Source: Callorhinchus milii (Eukaryota). From it: a stretch of DNA of 64,000 nt. The stretch covers positions 55,802,001 to 55,866,000 of the forward strand of contig NW_024704743.1 of the NCBI RefSeq assembly GCF_018977255.1, in the 5' to 3' direction. The notes under the pieces were generated by a model. The model searched no databases, was not told the origin of the DNA, and saw only the letters and a list, made by a program, of their open reading frames with translations. This document shows, piece after piece, positions 48,986-61,784 of this stretch. The position numbers and the translations under genes are program-made. The first letter of the stretch is position 1; each line of letters opens with the position of its first letter.

Positions 48986-50794
48986 TTGTTGTGGGACTAA
49001 ATGTGCTCATTGTAACATGCAACTAAATCAATTTTATTGGAGTATCATTTCCAGTTATCTACTTGCTCCATTATCAGTGCACCTTGGCTTGAACAGAGAA
49101 GTTTAGTGTGTGTAAGTATTGAAAAGGGCAATGGCTTCAGATGACTCAGCAATCTCTGGCGAGAGGAAGTTAACCATTTAATATAGTAACACAACAATTT
49201 CGGGAAGAAATATACCTATCCGACACAACAAGATTTATTCAATTTATCTATCTCTATATCTTTAACTTTGAATGTTTACTCTGTTACTAGCGACATCTGA
49301 TTATATTCATACACCCAAGTTCAAGACACATGAATAATATTTATTGATTTTTGGGGGGTTAGTCAGATGTCTGACACATGTGAAAATCCATCACCATACT
49401 TCAGACTATCCAAACCAAATGGAGATTTTCATGTATCCCACCTACACATGGAAATCCCAGAGATAGATTGTTAGAACGGAATGTGTACTCTCTCCCTGGA
49501 GGAATGCATTCTGCTTACCTAATTCCAGAAAGTATTAGGTGAAGGTTGGCAATAACTAAAGCTTGGGGACCTCAGAGTGTCCGTTGCAATACAGCTGGAG
49601 TCTAACCTGCTAAAACTGAATCTTGCCATTGATAGCGCTGTCTGGCAAGCGTTCCCACTGCTTGTCCAGCGAGAACCATGCTAACCATCGGGGCTTTGGC
49701 TTGCAGGGTTAACAGGAGCTGAGTGCGAGCATTCCCTCTCCCCATTGACTGGTCTGTTCTTCTAGATGATCCATGCTGGCTGTGCCGTCATCAGTCATGC
49801 TCTGGAGTACTATGGACTCAGAGGATCTCCAAGATTATTGTGAGATGAAAGTGAATCCGAATTCTATTGTGCTGTCATTGTATACCATCTAGGATACAGA
49901 TGCTGACCGCATCCCAAATCGAACATACTAGATGACTCTCACCTCCAGAAGTTTTCGGTAACTGCCCAGACTTGATTTATTTTATATCCCCAGAAGGATG
50001 CACTCTACCTACCATACAACTGTGCAAAAAACTCTCCTGTGTTATTCTCTGATTACAAGTTGCACTAAATTATTCCATTTCACAATGTTTTTTACTGCTG
50101 AAATGAGGAAATATTCAATAAGAAATGTAATATTTCCACAGAGGATGAAGAAGTTTAATTTGTTAATTATGAAATGATAACTCCGTGTTCCTTAGTTGCC
50201 AGTCTCAAATATCTCTCAGTTTTTGCAGAGAGATGGCGACCTTCCAGAATAAATACTGATCTGTAAAAGCTAAACTGCGTGTGAAAATCTGACCAACAAA
50301 GTCTCAATATCCCAAGCAATGCAGGGGAGAGAGGGGAAGGGAAGGGAGGGGGAGACACATTATCCATAAGAATACAGTATTTTGTAATCAGTTAATAAAG
50401 GCAGGTAAACAAATGTTCATGCTCTGATATCAGATATTTATTTTGGAATACATTTCTAATATGTGTCGATTGATTTTGTGGGAGGTCAGCCAGGTGTCTG
50501 ATACATGCGGAAACCCATCACCACTCTGAAGAGTAGCCAAAACAATCTGAGAATTCCATGCATCCTGTTGCTATAGGTATACATGGAAATTCAAGGGATA
50601 TTTTTTGGAATGGAACGCGCCCTCTCTTTCTGGAGGGATCTATCCTGCTTACCTAATTTCAAATAATAGATGCTGGTTGGTAAGAGGGAAGGCTTGGGGA
50701 CCCCAGAGTGTATGTTGGGGTACTGTTGGAGTCTATCTAGTTAAAACTAAGCTTTGCATTCTTTGCAACTTCATAGGGTGTAATTTGCACATAG

Positions 50795-51210
50795 ATGTCA
50801 AGCCTCGTACCATTGCTAGCACTCTCGCCAGAGTCAGAAAGTTGTAGTTTGAAACCCCACATTGGAACTTAGTGGGGTTTCAAACTACAACATAGTCTAG
50901 GTGGTAACTCTAATGCAGTGCTGGGAATGCTACATTGTCAGATCCTCGGGATAAGATGTTAAACCGAGGTCCTGTCTACGTCTTCAGGTGGACATTAAAG
51001 ATCCCATGGCACTGTTCGAAAGGAGAAGGGAGGTTCATGGTCAACAATCCCCTTGATAAAAATGATCATTCGCTTCATAGCTGATGGTATGATATTCCTG
51101 TGTGCAAAGTGCCACTTTCACCTAAAAATGCTCAATGTACACTTTTCAGTAAATCCTGTGAAGCACTTTGAGATGTTTCAACAACATTATAAGCAAGGAT
51201 TATATTATTA
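50795..51210 (+). mobile_element. Older Deu-type SINE with an internal 20-bp perfect inversion
   Basis: Head, body gatgttaaaccgaggtcc..caggtggacattaaagatcccatggcactgttcgaa, and tail. Confidence 0.78.
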
Positions 51211-51734
51211 ATAAAAATATAATAATCTTAATGTAGTGTTCCAATGATAACAATTCAATTTTAAACATAAAGGAAATATTCTGAAGTGAAATATCATTTT
51301 TAGTGTTGCATGAAAAATCACTCTTAAGCATCTATTTGGCTCAAAGTCAATTGTATCAAGGATCGTAAGGAGTCAGTAGGATTGATTAGAATGCTAGTTA
51401 AATCTCAGTGCTTCATTCCATCAGTTGAATGTGTTGCTGACAAGTTTGTGTAAAAGTTATAGTTAACAACAACTGAAATGAGAGCGCTGCTAAACTAGTT
51501 GGTTTCTAAGGTTAGCTTGACTCTAATACTTCTGCAACTTCAAAACTTGTTTACTTTTTGTAATCTGTAAACAGTGTTACAAATATGATGTATGTGCTCA
51601 GAATTATAAATGGTTTTGATGAAATACTGAGGGAGAAATTATTTCCAATGGTCGGTGAGGCAGCATTTTGAACTTGTAAAAGGTAAATGTTAAAGGGCTT
51701 AGTGGAAGAGCAAGGAGTCAGAACTCCACTGAAT

Positions 51735-52050
51735 AGATAATAATCTTTGTATTTGATATAACATTTTATCCTGTTATCTAAACATCTCAAAGAACTTCAC
51801 AGAAATTACTGTAAAGTGTAGTGACTGTGTGTTTGCAAGCAAACATAGTAGCCAATTAGCAAACAGCAATGTTCCACAAGGAGCCATGAAATGAATGCCC
51901 GTTTGTTAAATCTTGGATTTGTTGGCTCGGACACCGATATAAATGCCCTTCTCTTTCAGAAAGTCCATGGGATTGTTCATATCCATCTGAACAGGCAAAT
52001 CTCAGTTTCAATTCTCATCTGAAGGACCATCTCTGATGATGCAGCATTCT
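51735..52050 (-). mobile_element. Older Deu-type SINE fragment
   Basis: Tail, core and body on the minus strand. Confidence 0.7.
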
Positions 52051-53816
52051 ATGACGAAAAATTGGAATGGTCCTTATTTAATGGCAACACAAACTATCCA
52101 TCCATTGAGTGGCAGCACATCCAATGTCTGTTATTTATTTTAGTCTGAGGCAGGCGATTTCTATTTTGTAAATATTAGGCTTTAGATTAGGCAGTAAGGT
52201 TTTTCTATTGTTGATATTAATTTTCCAGTATTGGTCAGGAGGGCTGAAATCCACTCTTTCCCTGGTCAAAAATTAACCTTTCATCAATCAAGTGAGCCTA
52301 GGACTTTGAACAGATCAATAGAAAAATTGTTGCACATTTCAGTCATCTCAGCATATCCAAACTAAAATATATCTGAATTCACTGTGGATCCTAAAATGTG
52401 CCACATAAAAATCAACAGGCTCAGCTTTAATAAAGAACTGCAACATTGGGATCTAAATGCATCCATTATCAGTTACAGATATTCTCGCTGGATGATTACT
52501 TTGAGGTGTCACTAAACTGAAACTGTCAGCGCAAACTGAGGACAGAACATGACCTCAAATGACTGAGCACTTGACTCTGAACCAAGAAAGCTGCTCATCA
52601 CTCAGAGTAGTTTGGTCTTGGTTGAGTATGTTTCAGGAATTACTGGCCCGGCTCCTAAAGTGGAGTGGCAAGCAAACCATGATGTATTTCTGTCTCAGGG
52701 TGTGCGTGGGAACTGAGAAAGTCACAATATTTTACTTATTTTGTTTCAGCTGCACCTGCTTATGGACAATTGCAAAATCTTTCTCCCAGGTAAGAGAAGG
52801 GTCCTCGCCAATTACCCTATTGGTAAGGAATCAATTCATACACCAAGTCTTTATTTTGCCTCAGCCTGAACAAGGAAATGGGGTTCCTGCCTTGCTTCTG
52901 GTCAAAATGTTGAATAGGCTCGAACACCACAATGGGGGAGGGGGTTGTTATAAGTGATATTGATTGAGGAGCAGTGACTTAGATGGCCTTGGGAAGGCCT
53001 TCAAAGGATGAAAAGATGTATACATTGAGAATAAATACATTCCTCATAAAAGCACTAACATATGCTTCACCTTCTGCAAAAGTGCTGTGCGACATCTCCT
53101 GCAGAGAAAATTATATACATCACACTGAGTCGTGATATTTGGGTTACGAGGCTGATCTCAAGTCAGAGCTGAGGTCTTGTGAGTTAGCATAACATACATG
53201 CATTTTCCTGCAAAAAACACAGTTTGCACTTTCTCTGACAGTGAGGCAACTGCCATGCTATAGTTTTCATGAGGAGTATGTTTTACACTCCAGTGCCTAA
53301 AATTACCCCTGTTGAAGAAGAAAGATTGGTTAGTCAATTAAATTATGAGCTGCTTTTAAAGAAACACTTCTGGATTGCATGCCTTGTGTCGATTTACTAT
53401 TTGTAACAAACAGCCCCAAAATGTATTGGCTGTGTAGTCAAAAGGGATTTGTTACACAATTATTGACATAATTTGATTGTGGAATAGGTCAAGAAACAGA
53501 TCATGATGTTCCAGTCAAGGAAACTTTCAAGGTTACTGATATTTCCTGCAGCAATTTGTTTTCAATCCAGTCAAAGGGACAAAGCTTTCAAGATCAGACC
53601 TGTTTTTGTCCCTCTTTTGTGATAGTAGTAAAAATTTATTGTGGTGCAATTGCTAGAACTCCCTATCTCTACATTGCCCCCTTCTTACCATCTTGAGATC
53701 ACACCTAAAGACTTTTCTCTTTAACCGTCTACGGTTACCTCCCCTTTCTCTGTGGCTCGGTATCTAAATACGTCATTGTTAAGTGCTCCGAGATGCTACG
53801 TTGCTGAAGGGAACTT

Positions 53817-54027
53817 ATAATAATAATAATAACCCTTGCATTTGATATAGCGCTTTTCCCATCTTCTAGAAATCTCAAAGCGCTTCACAGAATATACTGT
53901 AAAATGAATTGGCTGTATATTTGTGGGCGAAACGCGGCAGCCAATTGCGCACAGCAGTGTCTCACAAACAGTCGTGGATTGAAGTGACCAATTTATTATT
54001 GTTTTGTTTTCTTGAGGGATTATTATC
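53817..54027 (-). mobile_element. Deu-type SINE 3' half (abuts a plus-strand L2 tail at ~53660-53815)
   Basis: High similarity to the young SINE 3' part. Confidence 0.85.
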
Positions 54028-54292
54028 TTTAAGATCATTAACCTGTTCAAAGACCTAAGCAACTCTAAGAACAATAAACATCTTCCGCACTGTCATTGTC
54101 CTTTCGTAGCAGTCTACAGTTAACTAATCTTTTACTTCTTTTTGAAATCTTATAAATGTAAAGTTATGATGTATTGTAAATAGACATTGCTCTTTCATAC
54201 TTTACGTGTTGACTTTTGAAAAATTAGAATAATGCTGTCCATTGAATACAGCATTTTCCTACAATTCTTTCCTGCAAACTAATTACAATCAA

Positions 54293-54522
54293 TGGACAAG
54301 AAATTCCACCTAGTTGTACATTTACTCTACAAACAGAACATTTCAGAGCATCCAGAATTTGGCAAATTGTTGAATTCAGTTTTAGCTTTGAAGTTGTTTT
54401 TCTGTAGTTCTTAAAATAACTTGCAGAAAATCAATTTCAAACTACTTAACAGTTTGCCAAATTCTGGGCACTCTGAAACGCTACATAAATGGATTAACTT
54501 TAGACCAGATTGACTTTCTACC
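54293..54522. mobile_element. Palindromic MITE-like element
   Basis: Arms tttcagag..tccagaatttggcaaattgtt / aacagtttgccaaattctggg.actctgaaa; same family as the 4536 and 34067 copies. Confidence 0.72.
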
Positions 54523-57500
54523 ACAGTTATGGTAAAATAACAGGTTTGACACAACTTAAAGACATAAACAGACAATCAGTGTCGAATAAGAATCTCAACA
54601 TATTAAAAGAAACAGCTAACTGCACTTCGAATATTTCAATTGTAGAAGATAGACCTATAGATTTGCAGACTGAGATGACTATGAATATTGAGGTGTGTTA
54701 AAAGTAATCACAGAACAATGTTTAAATTATGGTTAAAGAGTGTGTACATTCTGGGTACAACACTGTTTCAGCAAAAAACAAAAGTAATTCTCTAAACATC
54801 AGTAAATTTACAAGCCTTGGAGAGTGAAAACAGTGTATTCTCTGGCGGTCTGTAAATTTACAGACTACAATGAGGTGAGTTTATAATTTTCCATTAAATT
54901 TATGGATCAGTGGAAAGTAAGATGTTCTCGCCCGCCAAAATCCATAAATTTATTGACCTTCAGAATATCACCCCTCAGATCTGGCAAATCACTTCAGGAA
55001 AAACTGTTTCAAGGTCATAATCTGATGTGGCATTTCTCATCCAAAGATTGCTCGTCTGTTATTTTGAATAAGTTTTGTAGTTGGAAATAAAGTTGTTTTT
55101 AATATGAAGCAGTTTTAAATATGAAGACACTTCAACCTTTCAGATTCAAGAAAAGGTAAAAAAATGAATTGCAGTTAAGAGGCTGAATTAAATAGGAAAT
55201 GTCTCGCATTACTTTATTTGCCCCTTTAGCTAGAGATAATTATTTCAAACTCTCTTGGGAATACATTACACAAATTTACTTGCCCACAGTTACAACCATG
55301 CTTATTAGTCTATGCAGTGAATGAACTCTGAATTCATTTTGTAAATTCAAAATGATCTGAGCTGGACTGATTTTGATTAATTTACATTATCCACTTTGGA
55401 CATTCTTGATTTGAACATGCCTTTAAAATAATTACCTAATACATTTACAATAGGATAAACTTATTTTCTTCATTATAACTTGTTTTGTCTGTCAAAGTTT
55501 TCTCGTTGACTTATTTTATGCTTAGTTATAGTTGTAAAGGAGCAATTGACATCTGGCTGACTCATGACGTACATTGTGTGGAATAAAACCCCTGATAAAT
55601 TCCTTTGCTGAGAGCAGAATTGAACTTGGATTTGGGGAGTACTGTGTGTTAAGTTGGGCATTGATTTAATTAGGGCACACTCCATGTGTATTGTTGGGCC
55701 CTGAGTTGCTTAGGGTACACCCAGCATGTGTCCTTTGGTACTGAGTTGAGTTGGGTAAACTCAACATGTGTTATTTTGGATTGGGTAATTTACCAGGATC
55801 AATGTTTCTAGATGGTCAGATTGCTCATCCTTAGTACATTTTTCGTTCATCCAATACCTTTGCCTTAAAGACAATACAGCTATATATCAAATGGGACAAC
55901 TTAGGGTGCTGGGTGATATGGTAAATTTGCACATTGACCTTTCATCGCTGGGACTTTGACTTCAGTTCACTGCACACTACTGAGAAAGCTTATGTAAAAT
56001 GAGATTGGGTGGTGTATATCTAGCTGATAGTGGGCCTGTAAAGTTTAAATTTTACAAAATGCTACATAAATGCAAGTTGTTTTGTTGTTGTCACCACGCT
56101 ATGAATTGACCATAAATGAACACAAATTACTCATCTTACTGAGACTGGCCTCTGTGCAGGGAAAGGAGACATTATACAGTATTGTACTTGTCCAAAAAGG
56201 ATTGCTCCTTCAAGTTCAATAGTGTGCAGATGAGTCACTTTACTCTGTATCTGAGTGCAATGTGCCTCACCTGGGAGTGCTTGAGATGGCACCGGGGTGC
56301 TGAAAGTGAAAAATGGCTCCTTACTCAGCTCTAAGAAAACGTGTACCACAAAAAAATATGGAACATACTATTTGACATTTAGAAGAGGAACTAGAAACTG
56401 AACAGTGCCTTGTGCCAAGGCAGTCTTATTTTTTTCCAAGTGCTACAAACTTAACAACTATCTTACTGTTTTATTTGGGGGTCGATGAGCCAATTGATAA
56501 TAAATAATTCTTGCAATTGATATAGCACCTTATCCCACTGTCAAAATGTCTTGAAGTGCTTCACAGAATTTACTATCAAGTGTATACTTGACAGCCTGGC
56601 AATCAACAATGTTAAGGAGAGTTCTTAATTTCATGCTGCAAACATTTCATAACAACATTATTGCAAATCTTCTATTTTAAATATGTTCAAGATTACTACA
56701 AGGTTATATCTATATTTCATGTAATTAATGTTATTATAACTGATATATACTTTGGATTTTAAAATGTGTTCAGTTGCCACGAAAAACAAGAGGAGCCTAC
56801 ATATATTTTCTTGGAATTCATAATGACAGTTCCATATTGTGCCTGAAAATTTCCTAGTCTTCAAACTAGTTAATGATGACAAATAACTCAGTTGTGTACT
56901 TAATAACGTCAAATCTACCTAAGTCACGTTCTGTGCTGCTTGTACAAATCCCTTCAATAAAAAACATCTCTTAATTCCACATCAATCATCTTGCAAAAAT
57001 AGATTGAGCAGTCATAACAAGTGTGTGCCATTCAAGTACTAAAGAATGATGCAATAATTGAAAATAAACTTACATAATAACTACACTGAGAGTGTCATTT
57101 GTGTAACTGATTGCTTCTGTCAACCACTGAGAAGCATGCTGGTGTAGGTTATTATGTCCTCGTTAGAGTCTCATAGGGAACTATTTTTCATCCTAAAGCA
57201 CTACCATTGATATTTATTCTGGTTGAATAGCCTGCCAAACTGAGGCTAGGTCTGTTTTCCCCTGTCTAGAATCAAGCTGAAATCCACCCTAATCTCTTTG
57301 TTTCAACGTTTGTCTTCCAAGCAAGTGTCATGGTTACTACCTCCGTTGTCTTCTTTCAACAGGCACAAAAAAGCAAATCGTAACAATTGTTGTAACAATG
57401 CACTTTCCAAATCTTTATTTCCTAATTATATGAGTCCGTGAAATTTACTTAAAAGCAATAAAAATTAAATTGAGATTCATTCGACTTTGTGAGATTGATT

Positions 57501-57577
57501 AGTGGAACAAAACACTGTAGAATATGATGATAGGTTGATCCTCTCTGCTAATCAGAGGCTCTACTACTACTATTACT

Positions 57578-57892
57578 ACTAATAATAATCCTTGCATTTG
57601 ATATAGCGCTTTTCACGTCGGGAGGACGTCCCAAAGCGCTTCACAGAACACACTGTAAAGTGAATTGACTGTATATTTGTGGGCGAACGCGGCAGGCAAT
57701 TGCGCACAGCAATGTCCCACAAACAGTCATGGATTGAAAATGACCAATTTATTATTGTTTTTGGTTTTGGAGGGATTATTATTAGGCGTGAGGAGTAAGG
57801 AAACTTGCCCAAGGTTTCGCCCTGTGCCTGAAATTGAACTGAGGTCTCTCGCTTGCAAAGCGAGTGCTCTAACCACTGAGCTACAGGACTCC
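57578..57892 (-). mobile_element. Young tRNA-Ala-headed Deu-type SINE, short variant
   Basis: Full length, nearly identical to 36097-36413. Confidence 0.93.
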
Positions 57893-57949
57893 ACTAATAA
57901 TAATCTAGCCTTAGCCTGTAAGACCATAATGCCTTAAAATTAAAAATTA

Positions 57950-58265
57950 AACAGAATCTTGTGAAAGTGTTTTATTCTGTCTTAATTTGGAAGCCTATTT
58001 CTTTTTAACAGCTGATCAAATCAGCTTCCAAATTAAGACTAAATATGAGAATTTTCCACAATTCTTAAATTGTAAGTTAGCATAGGTTTAAGACAATTCC
58101 GCCAAGGCATAGTCTGGAAAGCTTTTTTTGTCTTAAAATTCAAAGTTCATCCAGAATCGTGGAAAATCTTATACTTAGTTTTAACTTAGAGCTTTTAGAG
58201 AACTGTGGGAAAACTGGCTTCCAAATTAAGACTGAATCTAAGAATTTTTCATAATTTGGCACAAT
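57950..58265. mobile_element. Two adjacent palindromic MITE-like cores
   Basis: gtcttaatttggaagc / gcttccaaattaagac inverted pairs; the same motif occurs at ~33380 and ~60330. Confidence 0.6.
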
Positions 58266-58769
58266 CTTAATATTTTATTAAATTCAGCGTATCCAATTAT
58301 TCTGCTCATTGTCACATGCCTCTATGTTCCTGCTCTGGCCTCCTCTTGTTGGGATGTAGTACTCTGGAGTTCCATGTCTAAGTGTTCATGTGTGAACCTT
58401 GGCAGTGAATGTCAACAGGTTGCTCAAATGCAGAGTGTGTCACAGCCAAAGCTGACCTATCCCCACCATCCAGTGCAAGAACCATCCAGTGCAGTTATTT
58501 ACCTCTCCCTAACCCTGAGAAGTCCCTACCAAGGCCAGTGTAACTCTGCTGTGCATCCCCACTGGGGCCCGAGCAATAAGTACAGATGAGGATTCAAACC
58601 ACTGAGCTCCATAATGTGGTCAATCCACTATGCCATCAGGACGATGGTGGTGTTATTTTCAATGGCAACATCTAGATCTGAAGCAACTTCAAGATTGGCA
58701 CTTTATTTAGCTTTATAAAGCAGCAATGCTACTAACTAACAAACTAATGGACAATCTGCTGTCTCATGA

Positions 58770-59161
58770 TAATAATAGTATTAATAATAATCATTGCATT
58801 TGATATAGCGCCTTATCATGTCTTTGAGACCTCTCAAAGCACTTCACAAAATATATTGTAAAGTGAATTGACTGTAAATGTTGTGGGTGAAATGCGGCAG
58901 CCAATTGTGCACAGCAGTGTCCCACAAACAGACGTGGTTTGAGCGATCAATTTGATTTTTTTTNAAGGAATTATTACCCCCGGAAAAGCGATCCGCCGAT
59001 CGACTAACAACCGGGTTCCTACTTACTGGTAGGTAAATAGAGGCATGTGGAGTAAGGAAACTTGCCTAACGTTTTGCCCTGCCGGGAATTGAACCCAGGT
59101 CTCTCGCTCGTGAGGCGAATGCTCTAAACACTAAACAGGACTTCACTCCACTACAGGACTC
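58770..59161 (-). mobile_element. tRNA-headed Deu-type SINE, long variant
   Basis: Reverse complement is colinear with 188-566 and 10589-10985. Confidence 0.87.
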
Positions 59162-59254
59162 ATGTTGCAGTTAGTTGTTAACTTCTTCACAATGCCTTAA
59201 TTTCTTGACTTGGACTCCACTATCCAACACAGGGTCTCCCCAGTGTCATAGCTT

Positions 59255-59392
59255 CAGTTCTGATGAAGGGTTACAGCCAAAACTTTAACCTATTTTTCTT
59301 TTGCAGGTGCTGATTGACCAATCGTGAATTGCCAGCATTTTCTGTTTTTGTTCGAGGTTTCGAACATCTGCAGTTTTTCGGTTTTATTTCTA
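59255..59392 (+). mobile_element. Penelope-like element terminal fragment
   Basis: ttctgatgaagggtt...aaactttaac...tgctg..tgacc....tg..ttgccagcattttctgtttttg....g.tttc.aacatctgcagt; homologous to 36960-37095. Confidence 0.7.
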
Positions 59393-59869
59393 CCACAGAA
59401 AATAATTAATGTTCCACTTTTTTTTGAAAGAAAAGGTCAGAGATTGTGATCCTGTGAAATCACAGATGTGTTAGTTTAACATCTATAGTAGGAAAAAGAC
59501 ATTGGAGTCTGCTATAAAGGAAGTAATTCAAGCACATCGAACAAAGGCAAAGTGGATGATTCCAAGTCACTATGGATTTCTGAATGGCAAAACATATCCA
59601 GCAAATGGACTGCAATTCTTTATGACAGAACTGAACAGGTCAATGAACAAATAGGTGAATTTTATATATCGGGATTAATGGTGTGATCATGTTAATGTTG
59701 AAGCACTTTTCAATGTCCTACAGATGTGAAAGGTTCTATTTAAATGCAAATTTTATCAAAATATTTGTTTTTCTCTCATCTAAATCAATCTCTGCTCCCT
59801 TCCTCTCTTGAAGTTTTCAATTCCTTTTTACATCTGCTGGGAGATATGGTTATATAGCTTCACACATGC

Positions 59870-60190
59870 TGGGTGCCTCCACTAAAGTGACTTTCATTTG
59901 TGAACCTTGACAGTGAGTGCTTTCAGACTATTCATCTATGAGGGAAACCAGAGCCCAGTCTGCTCCTCTTGTCACCTGGCATCCACATACATGCCCCTCT
60001 AGCTGGAGTCACTGGATAGTAGTGGATCAAGAGTGGGTTGTTCTCCCTTCTATCACCTGAAGCCAAAGGGAGGCTATTATTGCTGGCCCAGCTGAGATCA
60101 AAACTCAGCATAGAGCCCTGGCTGGACCAATACTTTCCTGGTCTGTGTGATTCAGTTACTCACTGGATAAACTATCTGAGCAATTGAGGG
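59870..60190 (-). mobile_element. Old SINE (second family)
   Basis: gtcactggatag...gctgagatca..actcagca.aga is the reverse complement of the 22297/25937 motifs. Confidence 0.55.
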
Positions 60191-61784
60191 TGAGCTTATA
60201 ATATTCATAAATGATCCCGATTGAAGTGTCGAAAGCAGAAGATTTGAAATTCCAACTCGTCTTAATCTATGAGAGCATTTTGAATGAGAATTTAAGATTT
60301 CACGTAATTGTGAAAAATTCTTGAATTCAGTCTTGATTCAAAAGAGGCTTCTGAATTAAGACGGAATATAAGAATCTTCCTCAATTCTGTGCAATCTTGA
60401 AGTGTAAGATATAATAGTCTTACATGGCTAAAACAAAGTGGAATTTTTGGTTCTGGAATGCCTACACATTGCGAATGGATTTTGGTCTCTGCCAGATAGC
60501 ACTGACAAGAAATTAAATTCACAGGCTTGATTTTTGGACACAGGTTTCATTTCAGGTTTTGTGAAGCTGTTAATACACACTGGAGCTACACTCACATAAC
60601 TTATGCTGTGATGTGAAACTCTCAATGAGATCAGTGCTTCGTAATCCCTCCGGGTATCCATTATTCTCTGCGTAATGTTATTTTTACTCCAGTCATCCTG
60701 CCGTGGTAACCATTTCGCTGGTAGACAGACTGTGCAGATGACAGCTCTAGGCTGCACACATCTGTACCCTGACCCTGTTTCCTAGCCAATGGTGCTACAA
60801 TGAGAAAATATAACCTCACCAGGAATAAGAGTACGTTTCAAAATGCAATTTAAAATTTAAATTAAAATGAACGCATGCATTTCTGCTAAAATATTCTGTT
60901 CCCGACATTCCAGTGTTTGCTAATTTTAATGAAAATATAGCTGTGCATATAAAAGGGGGCAGAATCTCAGGATATCCTGCCAATACTGAATTGTGTTCAA
61001 CATTCCTACCCATTAGAAACTGGAGTTACCATCTTTCATGGTAACGGAGAAAAAAGTTTCTTGAGCTTGTTAATAGCTCATTGAAGAGACACAGATGAGA
61101 GGCCACAACACATTTAATAATAGCATCTAATATGGTGATAAAAAATTAATGAATTTTGCCCCAAAATACAGTCAATCCACTTTACAATAGATCTTGTGAA
61201 GTGCTTTGAGATGTCTCGAGAAAGTGATAAGGTGCTAAATCAAATGTAAGGATTATTATTATTGTGCTTCTTTCATTTGATTTTCTCCATTTTATAATGA
61301 AAAGCTTTATTTTGAAGCATGAGAAGATTAAATAAAGTATGGGTTTATTAATGTTTTTTTACAATAAAACAGAAGCAGAGAGCAACTATTTGAAAGCCTT
61401 TCCTATTGTGTTTATTCATATCTAATTTGCCTAAACTGACATTTATTTTGCCAGTCCTGAACTCCTGCATGTGACATATCACTGATACCAATGCAGCTCC
61501 AAGATAGTAGCAAAGTTTACTCTGGTTCATGCATTCCTTGTTTTTGTTACTCAGGAATGAACTCTGTCCAGCTTATCTCATTGCTTGTTCTCATTTGTTT
61601 GGTCAGCTGAGCGTGTGACGCATGCGGAAAATAGCTTATTCTCATGGGTTGCCTTGCCCGTGCCTGTCAGTGCAGAATTTGAATTTGATCTCAGCCGAAG
61701 ATCTGTCACCCACCAGAGAAAGCAAATCATTTGTTAATGTGAAGCTCAGACCCGAGGGTTTAATTTAAGATTTTCCTTGTGATC

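Noticed and set aside
52559..52957. 132-aa ORF in the MEOX2-AGMO interval
   Set aside because: No recognisable domain or exon structure; the length is compatible with chance.
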